From Schizosaccharomyces osmophilus (taxonomy: Eukaryota), in assembly GCF_027921745.1 (NCBI RefSeq), contig NC_079240.1:248001-312000 (forward strand): a stretch of DNA of 64,000 nucleotides, read 5' to 3'. Position numbers and translations under genes: made by a program. The stretch's first letter is position 1; each line of letters opens with the position of its first letter. The notes beneath the pieces are model-generated. The model was not told the DNA's origin and did not search any database. It saw nothing but the letters and a program-made list of their open reading frames with translations. This document shows, one piece after another, positions 47,514 through 57,805 of this stretch.

Positions 47514-49466
47514 TCGTTAAGGAAAAGAGGCTAAACTAAAGAAATAAAAACGATAGAAATTCTTTCCACAAAAGAAAAGCTCTGGTTGAAAGATATGTAA
47601 CCTTTAAATCTCCACTAGAAACTTTGCGACAACAACACCCTTGTTTAGAATGACGCTGATAACATTCAAATCGAAACTTTTTTATTTGCTTTTAAAAACT
47701 CTTTTTAAAAACTTATCGACCACTTATTCAGAAATATCTACTTAGCTTGGCTCATTCCGGTGAAACCAATGAGCTTCGTTTAGCATAGACTCGAAAGGTG
47801 AATCCAATATGCATGCTGACACCTTTATTACGGAATATATGAAATTTTCAAGAAAAGTATACATGAAAAGTATTTTGGGCGACTTTTATTTTGGGGGACG
47901 ATAGTTCTTTTGCTTTTTTTGCTTGAAATGTTTGATTGACATTTGTGCCAAAAGTTTATAACATGGACAGTACGGCGGTTGAATCGATGGACAGAGAGAA
48001 TTCGACTGCCTACTGTTTAGTCGGTTTGAAAAAATAGTCGAAGAAAGCTATAGTAAGTATCAGTTGAACCATGCATTCATATATTCAATAAGACCAACAA
48101 TGAAACTCCTTGCATAGAAAACCTGTTATGAATAAAAAGTGATAAATAAAACATATTTTAGCCTCATTAAACGAAGATTATTTCTCTACTTTCTAATATA
48201 GAAATAGTACTTCATTATGCCTTTATTGAAAAGTATGCTTTATAATATGCATATGCTGTTTATAACCTTGCAAAAGCATAAGTATTACTGTATACTCTAT
48301 AAGCATATGCTTGCAGTATGTTATCATACTAGCATATTTTAGATATCGGTACATTGGAATACAAAGCCAACTCAAAAATGTCACAGGTTGAATCTCACTT
48401 GTTTTGTTATGAGAATAAGTATTCAGTGGAAAAGATGTATGTAATAACAATTCAGTAAAATGTATGTTTGACTTTTAAATTGGATGCTTAGATACTACTA
48501 AGATGAAATAGTAATGGCTTCCAGGGATCTGATTCACTAAGCAAGTTGTATGAACAATTTATTTTAGCTAGATCAGTCGAATCTTCCAATCTGAAGAATT
48601 ACCAGGTAATTTACGACTTTAATATTTGTAACAAAGTCTTCGTCTAAAACTATTTTCTTTGTCTTCTTTCGACTCTTTGTTTCAAGAGTTTCTTTGTTTA
48701 TTGAATACATTCATGAATCCTTATTGTTATAAAATAATAATATCACGCCGATGTAATATCGTATATGGGTTATGACAAAAAAGAGTCACAACTGACTACG
48801 TAATGTGGGGAATTGTCTTTACCAATGTTTGTTTACGTTCTATTGTCTTTCTCTTAAAAGGAATCTTGGGTCCTTTCTTTTAAAATTTAACTAAATTTTG
48901 TTTTTGTATCTACTTTCAAATTTACTAAACTTGTTTCATATGAATTTAATATCCGTGCTTTGTTTTCACCCCAAGTAACATGCGACATACATTCAAGTTA
49001 CAGGTAGGTAACGTCAAAAACAAGGCAGGCCACTTTAAAAGAATCAACGAGTCGCTCCCAGTCACCACCAAACCGTACTTCCAATAAGGAAACATTTTTT
49101 TCTGTTGAGAACGTCAAATGCGTTTACGCTCTTTAGACCTTGCTCTCTTTTTTGCTCTCTTTTTGTTCGATCACTAAACTTTGAATCTGCTGTGTCTGAT
49201 ACTATAATTTTGCATTTACCCGCTTGTTGACATATTTATTGCTGGAAATACTACAATAGCTTAAAGCATTTTGTTTGTATTATTCGAATTTATATATCTC
49301 TAGATTTTTGTCATTCTTTACCTTGCATTGTTTCAATCATCACAAAACACTCGGCCATAATCTTTCTTTGAAAAGCATTATAAAATTTTTTAAACGATAT
49401 AGAGATCTTCCTTATTACTTTTTTGCCATCGTTTATATTTGCTTGGTATAACTTTTATTCTTTATC

Positions 49467-50585
49467 ATGCGTGCCCTGCCATATGTCACTGCTGCGACCG
49501 TGATTGTATTTATGATCATTGGAGGTGCTTGGTGGAACCACAGTCTCGACACTCGCTTGCAATCACAGGTAGAAAAGATACTCGACAAGCATAGTTCGAT
49601 TTTTGTTACACCCACTGCCACACAAACGAATTTGGAGACCGATACAGTTCGTACCACCATTGATAGGACTATAAGCCAAACTGCTACTGCTACACAAACA
49701 GTAACTGCTGCTCCTTCAGCCACCCCCGTTATTCATCAATTGGAACAGACAGATCCCCATCCCGACAACTCGAAAATTGTCATCCTTATGGGTAGCAATT
49801 TCCACAAGCAAGATGGCCCTCTTCATGATTATGCGAAATCCATTATAAAAAATCGTCGCGAGTATGCTGAACGCCATGGTTTCATTTTTGAGTTCTTAGA
49901 TGCAAGTGATTATGCTGCTAAAGTTACAGGTCACTTGTACCCATGGGTTAAGGTTCCCATGCTCAAGGATACAATGGATAAGTATCCTGATGCCGAATGG
50001 ATTTGGTGGTTGGATCATGATGCGCTTATTATGAACAAGGATGCAAACGTTGTTGAAACTCTCCTTGACCACGACAAGCTTAATAGCCTTTTGACTCGTG
50101 GAGCTGAATACAAGAGTGGTGCCGGTATAGAAAGCAATGGTTTATATACACCAGAACAACAACAAGCACAGGATGTTCATTTTATTATGTCTCAAGACTT
50201 TAACGGAATTAACGCAGGAAGTCTTTTCGTCCGTAATAGCGAAGTGGGTCGCTGGATTGTTGACATTTGGTTTGAACCTTTGTACCTGGATCACATTGGG
50301 GGTTACGCTGAACAGCAAGCAATTTCACACATGATTTATTATCATCCCATTGTCCACAAGCATGTTGGTCTTGTCCCACTTCGCACAATTAATGCTTATG
50401 ACTTTGACGATCCAACGTGGTCTTGGCAAGAGAATGATATCTGTATTCATTTTGCTGGATGTAACTACTTCCAAAACTGTCCTGAAAAATTTGAAAAATA
50501 TGCCAAGATACTCACTGATAAGCAAGGTGATGATTGGTTAGATCTAGAAGAAAAAGAGTTCATAAAGCAGAGGATATCTGCTTAA
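49467..50585 (+). CDS. gma12: Golgi alpha-1,2-galactosyltransferase (GT34)
   Basis: Type II anchor, Thr-rich stem, DPHPDNSKIVILMGSN, WIWWLDHDA, QDFNGINAGS and HFAG. Confidence 0.92.
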   Translation: MRALPYVTAATVIVFMIIGGAWWNHSLDTRLQSQVEKILDKHSSIFVTPTATQTNLETDTVRTTIDRTISQTATATQTVTAAPSATPVIHQLEQTDPHPDNSKIVILMGSNFHKQDGPLHDYAKSIIKNRREYAERHGFIFEFLDASDYAAKVTGHLYPWVKVPMLKDTMDKYPDAEWIWWLDHDALIMNKDANVVETLLDHDKLNSLLTRGAEYKSGAGIESNGLYTPEQQQAQDVHFIMSQDFNGINAGSLFVRNSEVGRWIVDIWFEPLYLDHIGGYAEQQAISHMIYYHPIVHKHVGLVPLRTINAYDFDDPTWSWQENDICIHFAGCNYFQNCPEKFEKYAKILTDKQGDDWLDLEEKEFIKQRISA

Positions 50586-51346
50586 GTAATCTCATTCGCA
50601 TAAAGTCCGGACTAAATTGGGCTGCTTATAATACGGTGAAGTAATCGTTCATGTTTAATATTGTCCTGTTTAATTCACAAATTTTTTCCTTAATGCGCAG
50701 GCCGTCGAAATCTAAGATTTCCAACGAACAATTGGAATTTTCCACTTTGACTTTATTTATATAACCGTCTTGAAGAATAGACATTTCTCAATTTAGAGCT
50801 CGTTTGAATGTTTTAATAAAATATCTGTTGATAGAAGCCGAAAGGCGTTATTTCATTTGTACCAGCTTCAAAAGCATATTGCAACGAACAGTCCAAATTG
50901 ACTTAACTTTTTTTAGGATGATTAACCGAGAACACGTCTAGCTTTTTGTAACCGCTATAGCATAGTGGGTTTATAAAGCGCTGAGACAACGAAATACTTG
51001 ATCTAATATGACTAAAGAAAGAATAACGATGATTGGGAATGTCAAGCTTCTGGTGAAATATGAAGCATTCAGATAAAATAAGTAAGTTACGTGCAAACAA
51101 TAAGTTTCAGTATAGTCAGCCAAATATTTGTTTTATGAAACACTTGTGAGTTCTTGGCTTGCGTACCAAGCATCACAGTTGTAGTGAGCAAGCCAAGTTC
51201 ACATTCAACCCTTGAAATTAAAGAACCGCTGATCTTCTTAAAGAAAAGATTTATATATATATTTACAAGTCAAAATGGTTCCTGATATTGGAAGTCCACG
51301 TATCACAAGAAGAAGTCTTAAAGAAGCTGTAATTGTAGTAATAGTA

Positions 51347-51575
51347 GTATGTTAGCTTTACATTCCAACGCTCGACAGGGTTCTATGAAATACTCTTTGG
51401 TTTTCACGTCGAGTCGACGCCGCTAAATCTCAATTTATGTATAAAGTAGAAGTAGGACTTCTTGATGCATTGACGATTTGTCAGATTTTACTTGCAAAAG
51501 CCAAATAAAGAACTTTTTGATTTTATTCACGATCCTGAATGGATCGTTATAAATAACAGCATACTTGCTCAAGTA
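51347..51575 (-). ncRNA. Candidate H/ACA-like structured RNA (boundaries approximate)
   Basis: On the minus strand: TATAAA at 51610-51605, hairpins, H-box-like ACATAA at 51440-51435, and a 3' hairpin with a large internal loop followed directly by ACA at 51352-51350. Confidence 0.3.
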
Positions 51576-51919
51576 CTTTGAGTTCCAATTGTTCACTACG
51601 ACTGTTTATATGAATCTCTCGAACAACACCATTGTACTAAACCAACATTTTGGTTTCTTACTTTATTCTCAAATTTTGATTCAATTCAAATAAAATTACT
51701 TATATCAGCTTTCTTTTCTTATTTTTTGCATTTTTTTGCGACTATTTGACCGACTGCTTTGGATGAATTATTAATAATTTACTATCGTTCGTACCCCTAT
51801 AATTGCAAACTCGGCATCTTGAAATATTTAATAAACACTTTCTTTTTTACTTACTGGACAATAAAAGTTCTAGTTCATATTCGCTTTGTGTTGTTTTTCC
51901 AACTATTAACAAATTCTTC

Positions 51920-53215
51920 ATGAAATCCATGATTTCTTTGAATTGTAAAAGCAACTTGCTACTGAAATCACTAAACGTTTTCTCTAAAAGAAGTTATAAC
52001 ACCTTAGATGCATGGTCCAATATACCTGAACACATTAAAGTCAAACAAGGCCGGCGATTGTTTTTGCAGAATGGACATCCTTTATGCAGTCTTCGCGAGT
52101 TACTACAGCAACAATTCAAAGAAAAGCCAATTAATATAGTCGCAAAAGAATCACCAGCTGTCTCGACTATCACAAATTTCGACTCCTTGGGAATTCCAAA
52201 AACGCATGTTAGTAGGAGTAAATCGGACACTTATTATGTTAATAAAGATACCTGTTTGAGAACGCATACTTCGGCTCATCAATTGGAAGAGTTTCAGAAT
52301 CTTGCTGAGAGTAAAATGTCAAAGAAAGGCTTCCTAATCACCGCGGATGTATATCGACGAGACGAGGTAGATGCTAGTCATTATCCTATTTTTCATCAAA
52401 TGGAAGGCGCTTATTTATGGGATCGGAATGATAAAGGAAGCATGCTAAGAGATCTTGAGTCAGTAAAGCTCGATAATAATTTACAAAAACTTGTTATCGA
52501 CGAAGCGACCTTGGAAAACCATGATGATCTACAGGAAGTTTACTCTTCAAAAGAAACCGAGCTTGCATCTATACATCTTAAAAATTCCTTGACTCTTACA
52601 ATTCACAATTTAGTTTTAATGACTCCAGACAGTGGGCTTGATAAAAGTCAAGTTCGTTACCGTTGGACATATGATTCTTTCCCTTTTACACAGCCATCTT
52701 TTCAGCTCGAAATCCTTTGGAAAGGAGCATGGCTGGAAATCCTAGGCTGTGGTGTTGTTCGTGAAAATATTTTAACGCATGCCGGAATTCAAAACCATGT
52801 AGGATGGGCCTTTGGTATTGGTTTAGAACGTCTGGCAATGATCCTTTACGGTATACCCGACATTCGTTTATTTTGGACAACTGACGATCGATTTCGTCAA
52901 CAATTTACTCCAAACAACATAACTACGTTCCAGCCTTACAGTAAGTATCCTTTATGCTATAAGGATATATCATTTTGGATTGATGAGTCTTTTACGGCTA
53001 ACGATTTCTTTGAAATCATTAGGGACGTTTGCAAAGATTTGGTGGAATCTGTCGACTTGATCGACCAATACACAACAAAAGCAGGAAAAACAAGTCTCTG
53101 TTACAGGGTCAATTATAGAAGTATGGAAAAGTCATTGAAGAACGAGGATGTTGACTTACTCCAAGACAACTTACGAAAAGCAATGGCTTCTTCTTTAAAC
53201 ATTCAACTTCGCTAA
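51920..53215 (+). CDS. msf1: Mitochondrial phenylalanyl-tRNA synthetase
   Basis: [44 protein letters not shown] and a C-terminal FDX-ACB domain. Confidence 0.93.
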   Translation: MKSMISLNCKSNLLLKSLNVFSKRSYNTLDAWSNIPEHIKVKQGRRLFLQNGHPLCSLRELLQQQFKEKPINIVAKESPAVSTITNFDSLGIPKTHVSRSKSDTYYVNKDTCLRTHTSAHQLEEFQNLAESKMSKKGFLITADVYRRDEVDASHYPIFHQMEGAYLWDRNDKGSMLRDLESVKLDNNLQKLVIDEATLENHDDLQEVYSSKETELASIHLKNSLTLTIHNLVLMTPDSGLDKSQVRYRWTYDSFPFTQPSFQLEILWKGAWLEILGCGVVRENILTHAGIQNHVGWAFGIGLERLAMILYGIPDIRLFWTTDDRFRQQFTPNNITTFQPYSKYPLCYKDISFWIDESFTANDFFEIIRDVCKDLVESVDLIDQYTTKAGKTSLCYRVNYRSMEKSLKNEDVDLLQDNLRKAMASSLNIQLR

Positions 53216-53468
53216 AAGAGTGACGAAAAGAATCTCATTGCTTATAATTTATATTCGTAAATGATATAATTTTATTAATTTCTTTTAACCATTAATCCCA
53301 AACCCCAAAGAAAAACAAAAAGACAGAATGCGCGTGGAAACGAGCGATCATTAAAACAAAGAAAAAATTAACCAAATTCTCTTAATAAAACGAATGTAAT
53401 AATTATAGCAAACATTTGGTTTTATGAATGAGTAGAAAGTACGATTGGCTTTTTTGTATTCAAATTCA

Positions 53469-54338
53469 CTACTGGAATTTAAGTAAAGTAGCCAATTGAG
53501 GAATAGCACCTTTTCCTATTAAATAATGTACAGAATTCGTTGCCTTTCGAGAAACAGCAAACTCCAAAGACTGTGCCAAAAAGCCATCAATGCGGAACTT
53601 TGTCCAACGCATCTGGGCAAGGTTAAACCAGAAACCGTAGACGATATCCAAAAGATCTACAGAATCCTTTATTATACATTGTTCAAATGCGGGTTGGAAA
53701 ACTGTTTCAACATCGTTCTCTTCTTTATGCAGTACTTCTTGAAAAACAAGGTGACCAACTTGTAAGAGTCGACTTACATCTTTCATTTTTATACCAATAA
53801 GAAAGCCGTTTGTCAGTGTAGAAATTTTAAAAGAAAAGTTTCTTGTTTTTAAATCTTCAATAAACTGCCGAGCATTGAGTTGAAATAATATACGCCGTGG
53901 AATATGACCTTTATGCCCTGCATGGATCACTTTTCCGTTTAAAAGTTCTTCCCTTTGACTTTTCTGAACATAACCTGCTGCTACGAGGTCATCTATATAA
54001 TTCAACAGTTGCAATGTAAAATATCGGCGAGGTAAAGAACGTTGTATTGCAAGGATCACGCTCTTGGGATTCATGCACAAGGTAAAATCAATGTATAAAT
54101 ATGAAGGTATTTTATCCCTAATCCCAAGTCGATTCCACAAAACAGGAGACACAGCAGCTAGACTATCGTTTTTAGACATAAGAAAAATTCTTGTTAGCAA
54201 TTCATAAGGTAAACGCTCAAACAATGTCAGTTTTCTGGTTATTTTTCTTTGTATAATACTTATTCCTTGTTTTCGTATTTTATTTTTGGTCTCATCAAAT
54301 CTATTAGAGCGTTTACGCTTTTTCTCAACTAGCGACAT
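53469..54338 (-). CDS. Schizosaccharomyces-specific protein (SPCC736.02-like) with F-box-like and ankyrin-like segments
   Basis: 289-aa ORF; basic N-terminus, LFERLPYELLTRIF and LEFAVSRKATNSVHYLIGKGA. Confidence 0.75.
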   Translation of the reverse strand: MSLVEKKRKRSNRFDETKNKIRKQGISIIQRKITRKLTLFERLPYELLTRIFLMSKNDSLAAVSPVLWNRLGIRDKIPSYLYIDFTLCMNPKSVILAIQRSLPRRYFTLQLLNYIDDLVAAGYVQKSQREELLNGKVIHAGHKGHIPRRILFQLNARQFIEDLKTRNFSFKISTLTNGFLIGIKMKDVSRLLQVGHLVFQEVLHKEENDVETVFQPAFEQCIIKDSVDLLDIVYGFWFNLAQMRWTKFRIDGFLAQSLEFAVSRKATNSVHYLIGKGAIPQLATLLKFQ

Positions 54339-54730
54339 TGTGGACGTTCATAGAGGAAGAACGAAGTGTGAGCATATATTGAAGTACTAATTAAGACATG
54401 TATGCCTGTATCTCTACATTCTATAAAAAAAACAGAAGCTCCATTCACATGCTCTGAATTTCAAAAAATTTCAGAACACTACGTTTGTTCCTTGAAATTG
54501 TCTCTAACCCGTTATGAATGCTCGCTGGGAAACCAGTACAACAAAATTTGACCAAAAAACTATCGATTATTTCAAAGTAAATATTATTATTATTGAACAT
54601 AAATGAAAAACAAAAATCTTGTTAAATATACACATGCATAAATAGTAAAGAAAAACCAATGTACACTGTCGGCTTCTTCCTGATTCATAAAAACAAGCAA
54701 CTTACCAAACCCATTTCAATTCGCCCTTTT

Positions 54731-56860
54731 CTAAATAAATTCCTTTTCTTCTTCTTCAACACTCAATGTCGTTGCTTTTGATTCGTGGTTTTTAAATCGA
54801 AGCATACTTAGCTTTACCCTTTTTATTTTACTAGCAGTGGAGGATATATCGACGGAATTGACAAACGGTAAATCATTGCATTCCGAAGAAAACCGCTGTA
54901 TGGGAGAATAATTGTAATGTTTACGCACAGTACCGGTAGGAATTTCTCTTCGTGAAGATGGGGATGGAGAAAAAGACAAGGTTTTGTCGTCCTTACTTTT
55001 CTCTGCAAGCGTTGCTATTGAATCCACGACTTTTGATCGTCCTGTAGTTTGCGATAAAGTTTTAGAGTAGGTTGTATTAGGATCAGTAAAATTTGGAGAA
55101 GTAGCCTTATCTAGCGATTTGCTTTGTACAGGGGAAACAAACTTTCCTGCATTAGGAAATGATGGTGCCGAAAACGATTTGTCTGTAGTTTTTCGTGTGG
55201 TTGGTAATGTTAATGAAGAGAAATCTTTCGACGAAGTCTCAACTTTTTCCTTACCTTTTGAATCATTAAACCGCTTTGAGTATTTTCCATAAACGAGCAT
55301 TCCCGTTCGAAGAGAGGGTCCTGAAGGTTTTGTCAAAGCAGAATGCAACTGAGTAACCGGCTTCACTAAAGAATTCCCATATTTTGGAGCAGAATTAGGC
55401 GAGTTATACCGATCCATGGTATCCGAAATTGGAACATCATTTGTAAGATTTGGCTTTGAAACAAAAGAAGGGGGTCGAAAAGTTGCGGGCTTAAATGTCT
55501 TATTATTTGGCAAAGTAATAGGGGAAACTGCTTCATTGTTTTTTAAGTTCATGGTTTTAGTGCTTGGATCTTCTTCATTGTCGCTTTCTAAAAATTCTGG
55601 AGAGTTTGGTATTTCAGGATCTGTACTTTCAGGTAAACTCGGTTGAGCAGCCAACATTGATGTACTTTGCATGGCTCGCTCGTAAAGATTTTTAGAAGGA
55701 TCCGTAATTGTAACATTACTAAAATTACTTCGTTTTCCAACCGGTCTTCGTAAACGCGGCATAGGCAACCGAGATAAGGGACTCTTCTTTACCGATGAAT
55801 TATGAGAATCATTTCTATTGTTGGATATTTCCAAAGAAGGAAAGGAACGAGACTTTTCAAGGGAAGGGGATCCATCGGTCTTCCTATCGCATGGAGGTAG
55901 CGTTGCTCCAGAAGCAGATCCCGAACTGGTCAACATTGGTTCCGACAAAGATGAAGATAAAAATGGATTAGAGTTACCCAACGGATGACCAGCATCCATT
56001 GGTTCACTAAGAAATGGAGGAGTAGATTCATAATCTGGAGAAGGAGAAGAAAAAAAGTCAGAATCAATATTATCTTCATCAAAGTTTTCCAACGGGTCAA
56101 TTTGGAGAATATTGGAAGGAGATTTGGGTCTTCGAAGAACAGGAATACATGCAACCCTGGTTGGTTTAGAAACCTGAGATTTGAAAGAGTCAGGAGAGAC
56201 GATATCGGTAGTCATATTACTTTTGAAAGGTGGTTTGAATGATGTAGGGTTACGTGACGGTTTGGGTTGTGAGGCATAAGGTTTCTCAGAGGAAATAGTC
56301 CCCAAAGTGGAAGACACTGAAGGCAAGCCGCTATTTGATGCGACTGTCGGTATATCGTTCTCAGCACCTTTATAGCCATGTAAATAGTGTTTAGGAGACG
56401 AAAGCGAGGAAACGGAAGCCTTATGCTCTTGAAGAGAAGAAGATTCTTCATTACGAGACCGAGATTGACCTGCTTCATTCGAGGACTTGACAAAGGAAGG
56501 TTGTTGATATGATGAATTGACAGAAGAAGAACGAGAGGGCGCCTGGAAAGGTTTTGTCAAATACAAAGGACGGGTGGAGGCATTTAATTTGGATGGGAGC
56601 GGAGGGATTTCCTTTGACGTTGTTGCTTGCAAGTCCTCAACATAAATTAATGTACGATTCAACTCCAGATGAGCATCGACTTTAATTTTCTGATTAAATA
56701 CAAAAGCTTCATCTACGACACGATTTTCTGAATCATATAAAATCCCATGATTGTTGAATGTATGAAACCGCATAGTCCCATCTTTCCATACTTTTGCTTT
56801 CTTTACCTTGTCGGATGTCCATAATACTTGGTAATGCAAAACATTTGCAACAGTGGCCAT
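54731..56860 (-). CDS. dbl2: Dbl2 recombination/repair protein (DUF2439, Mte1/ZGRF1 N-terminal domain)
   Basis: YQVLWTSDKVKKAKVWKDG..FHTFN domain followed by a long Ser/Pro-rich region with repeated F(K/R/Q)xP motifs; synteny. Confidence 0.85.
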   Translation of the reverse strand: MATVANVLHYQVLWTSDKVKKAKVWKDGTMRFHTFNNHGILYDSENRVVDEAFVFNQKIKVDAHLELNRTLIYVEDLQATTSKEIPPLPSKLNASTRPLYLTKPFQAPSRSSSVNSSYQQPSFVKSSNEAGQSRSRNEESSSLQEHKASVSSLSSPKHYLHGYKGAENDIPTVASNSGLPSVSSTLGTISSEKPYASQPKPSRNPTSFKPPFKSNMTTDIVSPDSFKSQVSKPTRVACIPVLRRPKSPSNILQIDPLENFDEDNIDSDFFSSPSPDYESTPPFLSEPMDAGHPLGNSNPFLSSSLSEPMLTSSGSASGATLPPCDRKTDGSPSLEKSRSFPSLEISNNRNDSHNSSVKKSPLSRLPMPRLRRPVGKRSNFSNVTITDPSKNLYERAMQSTSMLAAQPSLPESTDPEIPNSPEFLESDNEEDPSTKTMNLKNNEAVSPITLPNNKTFKPATFRPPSFVSKPNLTNDVPISDTMDRYNSPNSAPKYGNSLVKPVTQLHSALTKPSGPSLRTGMLVYGKYSKRFNDSKGKEKVETSSKDFSSLTLPTTRKTTDKSFSAPSFPNAGKFVSPVQSKSLDKATSPNFTDPNTTYSKTLSQTTGRSKVVDSIATLAEKSKDDKTLSFSPSPSSRREIPTGTVRKHYNYSPIQRFSSECNDLPFVNSVDISSTASKIKRVKLSMLRFKNHESKATTLSVEEEEKEFI

Positions 56861-57805
56861 AGAACCATGAATCTTTTTTCTTCGTCTGCCACGTAACAAG
56901 AAAATTACTTACTTGTGAAGTCGTTCATGAACTCGGAATCAAGTTTCTGTACAAGTGCAAAATATCCTATTTAGAATACTGATGTATAGAACAAGCCAGT
57001 AAGAAACAAAGTATTTTTTAATCCAGGAGCTTTGAAAGATTTGCTAAAGTGGTAGTAGTGAGGATGAGAAGGGCTGGTAGGTGTTTGCGATGACACCTGT
57101 TGTAATGTGGTTTTACAGGTTTTATGAGATAAACGAACGAATATCCCGGTTTCTACTTCATGGAATTCCAATTCCCGTTTGCTTTCGTGTTTGTGATATT
57201 CTCGTTTTATTTAGACAAGGTATATGGGATTTTATTGCATCAAAAAGATGTTGGATCACATCTTCAGTAGTCAATTTCTATTTGATCATAAATTAAAAGT
57301 AGTGTTTCCAGTTTCATGTAGTTTGTGAACATCTATAGTACCCGATACAGAGAACATAGCCTATACAGCGCTCGTAAAGCACGAATACCTTTAAAACATA
57401 CAGTAGAAGATGTTTCTCACTTTATTACCTTTACAGAACCGTACTTCGACTTTACATGAATGCATTTGTATATTTAACTAGGGTGTTATACTTTCCTCTC
57501 AAGAAAACAGTTTATTGTCTTTCTTTTTTTTTTAAAAAAAAAAAAATTCTTGACATTTCGTAAATATGTAATTAATGATAGAGTCATGGCAGCGTATCCT
57601 TCAGCTATTTGCCTCTTCTCCTGTTATTTATTTCGTACTCAAATTCATCGTCTACCTCATAACGCTAACTGACTGTGACTACGTGAATCTCAGCCCGGTT
57701 GAAGACGGAATTTTAACCGTTTCATTTTTGTTTTTTTGGATTATCTTTTTGTATACATATAAACGTCTTCTCTTCTTGCTAGACGACACTTGGTGAACAA
57801 TAAAA

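Noticed and set aside
47514..49466. Expected wtf-like gene at the S. pombe wtf7 position
   Set aside because: No multi-exon hydrophobic ORF, LTR or 5S rDNA could be assembled.
51803..51919. N-terminal extensions in the ORF track (msf1; likewise tfx1, mrps8 and dbl2)
   Set aside because: They come from TTG/GTG starts; the first in-frame ATG was used instead.
39849..53215. tRNA-Phe near phenylalanyl-tRNA synthetase
   Set aside because: The tRNA is cytosolic and the synthetase mitochondrial, 12 kb apart; coincidence.
54618..54705. Possible 3' UTR intron of dbl2 (GTAAGT..TTAACAAG)
   Set aside because: The branch-to-AG distance is too short and there is no other support.
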